Origin: a virus | Taxonomy: Duplodnaviria; Caudoviricetes | Reading direction: 5' to 3' (one strand) | Length of the DNA stretch: 24,637 nt | Virus record (IMG/VR): IMGVR_UViG_3300025078_000023 | Coordinates: 1-24,637 of that record | Part shown: positions 18,539 to 24,637 of the stretch, one piece after another | Numbering within the stretch: position 1 is the stretch's first letter | Layout: every line of letters starts with the position of its first letter | The notes under the pieces: generated by a model | Database searches by the model: none | What the model was told of the DNA's origin: nothing | What the model saw: only the letters and a program-made list of their open reading frames with translations | Made by a program: the position numbers and the translations under genes

Positions 18539-21262
18539 ATGGCTGTTACTGGAAAATGTTTAATTAATGCGAGAGATTTAGGAGAGGAGATTAAAAAATG
18601 GTCTAATCTTCCTAAAGTTAAAAAAACTTTTAAGAATCCTTATGAGGCTGCTTTTAGAATGGTTGAAACTGAGTTTTTAATGCCTCTTAGTGATATTGGA
18701 TTAAGAGATGTTGATATTACAAAAGGGCAAGTACAAGCTTTTAAGTTAAGACTTAGACAATTAAATCAAAGTATAGATAAAGGTAACCTTGGAAGTACCT
18801 TTGCAACACATATGTGGCAAACATCTCATTTTGGTAAAAGAGACCCTATACTTGGTTCAGTTTTAAGAGATTCTCAAAAATCAGAATTTCACAATCAGGG
18901 AAGTATATCTGCTAACAAGACAGTAATGCATGGAATAATGAAAGAAATTGAATTAGAATCAATAGATAGAGATATAATAAAAGGAGGGGAAACGTTTGCT
19001 GGGTTTAGTACTAGGAAAGCTCAAAAACAAATGAAAAAGATGGATATAATGTTACAAGAAGAAATTGTTAAATGGAGGAATGGAGAAGAACCAAATACTT
19101 CAAAGATTTCAGAAATAGATAATAAAATTGATAAAATGATTTCTAATAATTATTTACAAGTTTATGAAGATTTACGTCATATTATTGAAAATGATTTAGG
19201 GAGAATAGAGCAACAAATATATAATAAAATGAATGATAATGATAAATTAAAAGTTAGGAATGGGGAAAAGATTATACCAATAACTCAAAATGATTTAGCA
19301 ACTGCTAGAACGAAAGATGGTAATCAAGTCAGTAGACATATGTTTAATGCTTTAAGGGGTTATAAGTCTTTGATGGATAATTTATATGGACAACTTAGAC
19401 ATGGAGTAGATGCTAAAATAGATGGTCTTCTTATAAGAATGCAAAATTTTAAAGGTGAAATGAATTCTAGTAAATTAGAAAGTATTAGAAAAAAATTAAG
19501 AGGGAAACTTATGCCTAAATATGAAGGTAATGGATTTTTCCCTCACTATACAAGAGATTTAAGTGTTGATTTTATGCAAGGATTAATGCCTCATTTAGAT
19601 AAATTACAAGAATCTGTGAATCCATATATAAAAACTAAAGGAAAACAACAGACAATATCTCAAGTAATAGATGGTGTAGATACTTTTATTAGTGACCATA
19701 CTAAAAAGAGAAGTAAAGATTATTCTTATAGTAAAAACTTTCTTGGTTCAGTACAAAATTATATGTCAGATGTGAATAGATTTAATCATAAAGCTTTTAT
19801 GGATAAACATATGTTAAATGGATTAACTGCTGTAGAAAGCATATATAAACTTGATGGGGAGGCTAAGGGATATGGAGAAAACGTTGTTAGTTATTTAACA
19901 GATATGCATTATGCGGCTAATGGGAGTGCTGATATTCCTCGGACAACTAGAGCTTTAATGAGAACTATGTTAGGATTTGAGTTTATATCAAAGTTGGGAT
20001 ATAACCCAAGAGGTGCAGCTAGAAATCTTATGCAAAGATTGTTAGATTTTGTAGAAATGGGTGCAGGTGCAAATAAAAAATCTAAAGAAGTAATAGATAG
20101 AATAGCTGGTATTAATGAAGAGTTTTTTGAAACAGAACTAAAGAAAGTTGGATTGTTATTTGATGAAGGAGCTCCTCAATTAATAGAAGCTGGAGTTGGA
20201 CGTGGGGCTGCTTTCCACAAACAATTAGAATATGACCCAGTTACTAATAAACATAAACTTGTTAAAGAAACTATATTAGAAAAAGTAGCAGATAAAGTAG
20301 GTTGGGCTGCTAGTAAGGCAAGTTATTTACATAGAAGAGCTGAGAATTCTAACCGTAAAAGAACATTTAAATTATCTTTTGCTCAAATGTATGATTGGTT
20401 AGATGGCCCAAAATATAGAGAAGTTTTAAAAGAAAAAAATCCAAATATTTCAGATGCTCAAGTAAATGCTGCTATTAAAACAAAGGCAAGTAACTACGCT
20501 ATTAATATGACAGTATTAAATCATTTTGATTATGCTGAATATGCAAAGTCACCATTTATGCGTACAAAACATGGTAGATTTTTAGGTCAGTTTCAACATT
20601 ATAGTTTAGAATTTTTTGAACGTAATGCTCGTATATTAAGAGAAGCAAAAGGAGATTTAAAAGCTGGTTATTTACTTCCAGGCCAAAATGCTCAAGGATT
20701 AGCAAAAGCATATAGAATGTTTTTGGCTTATTATGCAGCCCCAGCTATTGCAGCTATGTTAACTGGTAAGACTTTTACAAATTTAATTGAACATGATACA
20801 TTTGAAAGACTTAAACAATTAGCTATTGCATTCACAGGCGATGAAGAAGAAGTAAAAGAAGCTTTTTATGGAAAAGGGCCTGTTGTTTCTACATTTGGTG
20901 GCCCTCTTGTATCAGACTTACTTGATATAGGTCAGATGTTAGATTTTATTAATTTAGATGAAGATGGTGTTCTTCATAAACTTACTGGTATGGAAAAACA
21001 TGACCCTTCTAATCAATCAACAAAAACAACACAAATAATAAGACTTTTAAATACTGCACTTGGTAGAACTGTTGAAAGACATATTCCTTTAATTTTTGGA
21101 GAGAAATCTGGTATGGGTTTGGGGATAGCTGTTCAACAAGAATTTGGACTTTATCCTACCGCTGAAGCTAGAAAAGTGCAAAAAGCTTATAAGAAATCAA
21201 GAGCTAAAATACTTCCTAAAGATGTAGAAGCTGCTTTGCAGGCTCTCGAAAGAAGACAGTAG
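18539..21262 (+). CDS. Large internal virion / ejected protein (907 aa)
   Basis: Helical; C-terminal NHFDY...RFLGQFQHY plus hydrophobic FLAYYAAPAIAAMLTG and TFGGPLVS, reminiscent of the C-termini of large ejected phage proteins; SD AGGA; single Cys at position 7. Confidence 0.7.
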   Translation: MAVTGKCLINARDLGEEIKKWSNLPKVKKTFKNPYEAAFRMVETEFLMPLSDIGLRDVDITKGQVQAFKLRLRQLNQSIDKGNLGSTFATHMWQTSHFGKRDPILGSVLRDSQKSEFHNQGSISANKTVMHGIMKEIELESIDRDIIKGGETFAGFSTRKAQKQMKKMDIMLQEEIVKWRNGEEPNTSKISEIDNKIDKMISNNYLQVYEDLRHIIENDLGRIEQQIYNKMNDNDKLKVRNGEKIIPITQNDLATARTKDGNQVSRHMFNALRGYKSLMDNLYGQLRHGVDAKIDGLLIRMQNFKGEMNSSKLESIRKKLRGKLMPKYEGNGFFPHYTRDLSVDFMQGLMPHLDKLQESVNPYIKTKGKQQTISQVIDGVDTFISDHTKKRSKDYSYSKNFLGSVQNYMSDVNRFNHKAFMDKHMLNGLTAVESIYKLDGEAKGYGENVVSYLTDMHYAANGSADIPRTTRALMRTMLGFEFISKLGYNPRGAARNLMQRLLDFVEMGAGANKKSKEVIDRIAGINEEFFETELKKVGLLFDEGAPQLIEAGVGRGAAFHKQLEYDPVTNKHKLVKETILEKVADKVGWAASKASYLHRRAENSNRKRTFKLSFAQMYDWLDGPKYREVLKEKNPNISDAQVNAAIKTKASNYAINMTVLNHFDYAEYAKSPFMRTKHGRFLGQFQHYSLEFFERNARILREAKGDLKAGYLLPGQNAQGLAKAYRMFLAYYAAPAIAAMLTGKTFTNLIEHDTFERLKQLAIAFTGDEEEVKEAFYGKGPVVSTFGGPLVSDLLDIGQMLDFINLDEDGVLHKLTGMEKHDPSNQSTKTTQIIRLLNTALGRTVERHIPLIFGEKSGMGLGIAVQQEFGLYPTAEARKVQKAYKKSRAKILPKDVEAALQALERRQ

Positions 21263-21316
21263 GAGCCTGGAGGGAAGAAAGGTAGACCCCCCAAGCACCC
21301 AAAAATCCTACTGCCT
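21254..21316 (-). terminator. Nested hairpin between convergent operons; probable terminator or 3' structure of the minus-strand transcript
   Basis: Outer stem 21254-21264 / 21306-21316 and inner stem 21265-21274 / 21287-21296; followed by UCUUUC on the minus strand. Confidence 0.65.
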
Positions 21317-21318
21317 AA

Positions 21319-21516
21319 TTATGATTTTGCGAAATTAAAAGACCTTTCCATAACTTTACCAAATTCCATTATACCTTTCAACGTAGAATAAGTAATTATT
21401 TCTTGTTCTTCTGTCGTAGATTTTTCAGATAGCTCCATTAGCCTTAAATTTGCTTCTAATATCATTCTTAACATTTCATAGTTTGTTGAGTTTTCATTTG
21501 CGACATTAATTTTCAT
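21319..21516 (-). CDS. Hypothetical protein (65 aa)
   Basis: Overlaps the RuvC-like gene end, has a GGAG-type SD upstream, and is last in the minus-strand operon. Confidence 0.65.
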   Translation of the reverse strand: MKINVANENSTNYEMLRMILEANLRLMELSEKSTTEEQEIITYSTLKGIMEFGKVMERSFNFAKS

Positions 21517-21997
21517 TTGCTCTTCTCCAAACCGCTATACATATTGCGTCTGCTGTATATAAAGTTGTTTTTTCATAAAAGCATTTTGCTATTTTTTTCA
21601 ACTCTTGTTTCCTCTCTCTTTTTTCTTTAGGTAGGTGGAAGTCGTGTTGCCATTTTTTTGGCATTACTAATTCATATTCTATATTATTAGATTCTAATAT
21701 TCCCATCCAAGCTCCATAATTTGTTCCAAATTTAAAAGCAGAACTTCTTCCGTCAGTTGGAAATGCATGAACTTTTTCTAGCACACATATATAAGAATTA
21801 TTATTACTTATTTTTTTTATTAATTCAGCCATTTCCTTAAATGTTGGCGGGCATTTATACGCTTCAACAGAATCTTCACTAAGTATAGCTATCCCCCCAG
21901 ACTTGCCTGGGTCAATTGCTAGATATTTTTTCTTTGAAGAGATTATTACTTTCTTTATCTTTTTTGTATCTTTTTGATTGCGTCGCTTTTGTACCAT
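21506..21997 (-). CDS. ruvC: RuvC-like Holliday junction resolvase
   Basis: YLAIDPGKSGGIA, VLEKVHA, SAFKFGTNYGAW, P..WQ, ADAICIA: the RNase H-fold D-E-D catalytic pattern of phage RuvC-like proteins. Start uncertain (ATG 21997 preferred over 22015). Confidence 0.88.
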   Translation of the reverse strand: MVQKRRNQKDTKKIKKVIISSKKKYLAIDPGKSGGIAILSEDSVEAYKCPPTFKEMAELIKKISNNNSYICVLEKVHAFPTDGRSSAFKFGTNYGAWMGILESNNIEYELVMPKKWQHDFHLPKEKRERKQELKKIAKCFYEKTTLYTADAICIAVWRRANEN

Positions 21998-22148
21998 AAT
22001 ATTCTCTAATTGCACATTTCTTGCATATAATAAATTTATCAGTTTTTAGTGGAGATACATAGTTATACATATCAGTATAACCTAACTTTCCACACATCCT
22101 ACATTCTCTATATTCAGGTTTTAATATTCGATTTATTCTCGGTATCAT
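21912..22148 (-). CDS. Small zinc-finger protein (about 78 aa)
   Basis: CRMC...CKKC pair; likely start ATG 22148 overlapping the helicase 3' end. Confidence 0.65.
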   Translation of the reverse strand: MIPRINRILKPEYRECRMCGKLGYTDMYNYVSPLKTDKFIICKKCAIREYYGTKATQSKRYKKDKESNNLFKEKISSN

Positions 22149-23448
22149 TAAATGCAAGTTCTCTATTCCCATAGAATTTACACTTGTTTCCATTAAATCC
22201 AACTATGTAACTTCCCACATTACCATATCTTGCTTTTGCTGATATAATTTTACTTTCATATTTATCATATGATGCACTATCAAAGTTATATCCATAGAAT
22301 ACAAACATAGCAGTCTCAGCTGTTTGTTCTATAACACCACTTTCAGAATAGTCACTCATCTTAGGTTCTGGGTTGATACGTCTATCCATTTCTCTATTTA
22401 GCTGGCTAAGCAAGAAAGCACTTGCGTTTTCTGCTTTGCATACCCATTTATATTCTTGCATTATTTTCTCAATTTCAAATCTCCTACCTTCATTCACACC
22501 ATCTGCTTGAATTAACTGAATATAATCATCAATAATAACATCAGGTTTATGCTTTGCTATTTCAGACATAGTGTCACTTAAAGAACGTATATGGTCATAC
22601 ATTTTTAGTTTTGCATATTTGGTTTTCAGCTTTTCCATTTGCATTTCCATAACAATTTCAGTATCATCATTAAACTGATTCTTACGAACATCAGCATATA
22701 ATAATTCTTTATTTTCTAGGACACACATCTTTTTAATCATTTCTGTATTACTCATTTCACGATTAAATAACATTACTTTAAGTCCCTGTTCTATAAGACT
22801 CTTTAATATATTAATCATAAGAGTAGTTTTGCCATGACCTGGTCTTCCCCCTAATACAGTAATTTCTTTTCTTGTCATTCCCCCTGCGGGGTAATCTAAG
22901 ACATCCATACCGAAAGGGATAAGGTTCCCACCTTCTTTAATATTAACCTTTGCTTCATCTACAATATCTTCAATTGTTTTTACTCTTGAAGGTTGTATTT
23001 CTTTAAGCTCTTCTATTAATCTGCTATGTTCATCTAAGATTGTTTGAACATTTTCTGTTTCGTCAAAACTAACATTATACAATTTATTAGCACTTTTAGC
23101 TGTTTCTCTTTGAATATATTTTTCCCAGATAATCCTAGCATATTCTTCTACATTAGATGTTGTTGGTACTTTTTCGGGTAATCCTGTTAAATAATATCCT
23201 GTTAATTTATTATTTTCATTATACATACTCTTGCTTTTTTCCATAACAGTTACTACATCAATTGGAGTATTTTCTTTATAAAGAGTTTTTATTATGTTCC
23301 ATATTATTTTATTATCATTATTATAAAAAGCTTCATCAACTCTAATCCAAGGCGATACTTTTTCATATATTGTTTTACCTTCTAACAGTATTGCACCAAG
23401 CAAGGATTCTTCTGCGTCATAACTTTTTGGGAAAGGTTTATTTACCAT
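22114..23448 (-). CDS. dnaB: Replicative DnaB-like (SF4) DNA helicase (444 aa)
   Basis: N-terminal AEESLLGAIL domain, Walker A GGRPGHGKT, EMS, IIDDYIQLI, LSQLNR, SGVIEQ, KARYG. Confidence 0.96.
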   Translation of the reverse strand: MVNKPFPKSYDAEESLLGAILLEGKTIYEKVSPWIRVDEAFYNNDNKIIWNIIKTLYKENTPIDVVTVMEKSKSMYNENNKLTGYYLTGLPEKVPTTSNVEEYARIIWEKYIQRETAKSANKLYNVSFDETENVQTILDEHSRLIEELKEIQPSRVKTIEDIVDEAKVNIKEGGNLIPFGMDVLDYPAGGMTRKEITVLGGRPGHGKTTLMINILKSLIEQGLKVMLFNREMSNTEMIKKMCVLENKELLYADVRKNQFNDDTEIVMEMQMEKLKTKYAKLKMYDHIRSLSDTMSEIAKHKPDVIIDDYIQLIQADGVNEGRRFEIEKIMQEYKWVCKAENASAFLLSQLNREMDRRINPEPKMSDYSESGVIEQTAETAMFVFYGYNFDSASYDKYESKIISAKARYGNVGSYIVGFNGNKCKFYGNRELAFNDTENKSNIKT

Positions 23449-23451
23449 TAT

Positions 23452-23688
23452 TTATCCCCTTTCCAAATCAATCGTTTGCCGAAAATTATAATAATATTTA
23501 TCTTCGGGTAGCATACTATTTTTAGGATACAGCACATAAACTCTGTTCTTAGTATCCTTATCTTGCATCCTTGCAATATTTCTATCAATATCTCCATAAC
23601 TATTACCTTCATCATCCGATGCTATATTTATTTCAGCATCCAAATTATGAAGATGTATTAATTCTTTTATTAATTCTTTAACTGTCAT
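23452..23688 (-). CDS. Hypothetical phage protein (78 aa)
   Basis: Start reassigned to MTVKELIKEL (23688), which follows SD AAGGAG; contains a SDDEGNSY motif. Confidence 0.75.
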   Translation of the reverse strand: MTVKELIKELIHLHNLDAEINIASDDEGNSYGDIDRNIARMQDKDTKNRVYVLYPKNSMLPEDKYYYNFRQTIDLERG

Positions 23689-23884
23689 CTTCGACTCCTT
23701 CCAACTCATTCTCAAGTAAACATATGACTTTCCCACTTAAATTTTGCATAGAATAAAAATGGGCTGTTAATTGTTTAGTGAACAATTTTTTACTTGGGTG
23801 AAATTCGTGAATTATAGAGGGGTGAGCCATTCCTTGAATCTCCTTCAAATATGCAAATATTTTTTCCATGTTATCTTGTTCCAT
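23678..23884 (-). CDS. Hypothetical protein (68 aa)
   Basis: SD AAGGA; fills the gap between the methyltransferase and the next gene. Confidence 0.7.
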   Translation of the reverse strand: MEQDNMEKIFAYLKEIQGMAHPSIIHEFHPSKKLFTKQLTAHFYSMQNLSGKVICLLENELEGVEDDS

Positions 23885-23900
23885 TTTTCGTTTCCTTTTT

Positions 23901-24637
23901 TCAGAACATCTCTATTTGAGGAGGTTCTGTATCATAATTTGTTATTACTAGTTCAATAAAGTATTTTACATCATCTTCATTTCTACCAGCATATTGAGTT
24001 TCTATTTCATAAATATTATAATCAGAATATATATCTCTAATTACTTCTCTATCATCATAGCTAATCATAAATTTAGCACCAGCCTTATCTATGTAATCAA
24101 CACACTCTATCATATCTTCATGTTCTTCAATACCAAAGTCTGCCATATAATAATCACCTCTTTCAGTTGCTATTATATATGGTGGGTCTAAATACCACAT
24201 ATCACCTTTTTTTGGTTTATAATCTACGACTAGTTTTCTGAAATCTAAATTTTCAATTGTAGTATCATTAAAGAATGTTCTAGAGTATTTTAAGTTCTCT
24301 ATTATCTCAGATGTATTCCAAGCAGAGATTTTAGAAAAACTTCCATAGGGTATTTTATTAAATGCATTCCTAATACAATAAAAATATTGTGCAGCTCTTT
24401 CTACGTCTGGAATATTAATATCCTTTGTTGAATGAACAGCAGATTTTGCATCATTAAATAATGTTCTGCTCTTAGGAAGCCATAGTAAGGTATCAATTAA
24501 TTTTTCTAACTGCGATACAACACAAGTATATAGGTTCACAATATCGTTATCTATATCATTTACGATGCTATATCTAGCTTTCTTCTTGCGAAAGAACATA
24601 CTTAGTCCACCTGCGAAAACCTCTACATACCTTTCAT
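23901..24637 (-). CDS. Dam/D12-family DNA adenine methyltransferase, 5'-truncated by the window edge
   Basis: Frame is open to the window edge, adding ERYVEVFAGGLS (SAM-binding motif I); then VNDID, IENLDF, catalytic YLDPPY, MISYD and ELVITNY. Confidence 0.93.
   Translation of the reverse strand, partial: ERYVEVFAGGLSMFFRKKKARYSIVNDIDNDIVNLYTCVVSQLEKLIDTLLWLPKSRTLFNDAKSAVHSTKDINIPDVERAAQYFYCIRNAFNKIPYGSFSKISAWNTSEIIENLKYSRTFFNDTTIENLDFRKLVVDYKPKKGDMWYLDPPYIIATERGDYYMADFGIEEHEDMIECVDYIDKAGAKFMISYDDREVIRDIYSDYNIYEIETQYAGRNEDDVKYFIELVITNYDTEPPQIEMF

Larger units (their letters stand above)
1..24637. mobile_element. Tailed bacteriophage genome segment (virion module converging with replication module)
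   Basis: Dense, translationally coupled ORFs; tail-fibre repeats; very large core-like proteins; phage-type DnaB, RuvC and Dam genes; no host housekeeping genes. Free phage versus prophage cannot be decided from this window. Confidence 0.95.

Noticed and set aside
23771-24191. Plus-strand ORFs 23771-23959 and 23994-24191
   Set aside because: Antisense to the methyltransferase operon; no support.
1-24637. Genome-wide stop-codon reassignment as in some crAss-like phages
   Set aside because: Long ORFs are intact in the standard code, and TAA, TAG and TGA all end genes at plausible junctions.

Overview
AT-rich segment of a tailed dsDNA bacteriophage, probably podovirus-like and possibly marine, in standard genetic code. 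No host genes, tRNAs or CRISPR arrays are visible. The + strand (1-21262) is a late/virion module: a tail fibre and its small partner, five small membrane proteins (possible lysis cluster), a 951-aa tail nozzle/stabilisation-like protein, and five almost cysteine-free proteins that look like ejected core proteins. The largest of these (2866 aa) carries a two-barrel (DPBB) RNA polymerase catalytic signature (NRKP...GDYDADK), which suggests a single-chain, virion-packaged RNA polymerase like those of crAss-like phages. Here it sits in a phage whose genes have clear Shine-Dalgarno sites. The only two cysteines in the 4874-aa cargo cluster lie head-to-tail at the junction between the polymerase and the next gene. 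The - strand (21319-24637) is a convergent replication/modification module: RuvC-like resolvase, Zn-finger protein, DnaB-like helicase and a truncated Dam-family methyltransferase. The two modules meet at a nested hairpin that folds better on the minus strand. GATC appears strongly depleted. All calls come from reading motifs by eye; no database searches were run.
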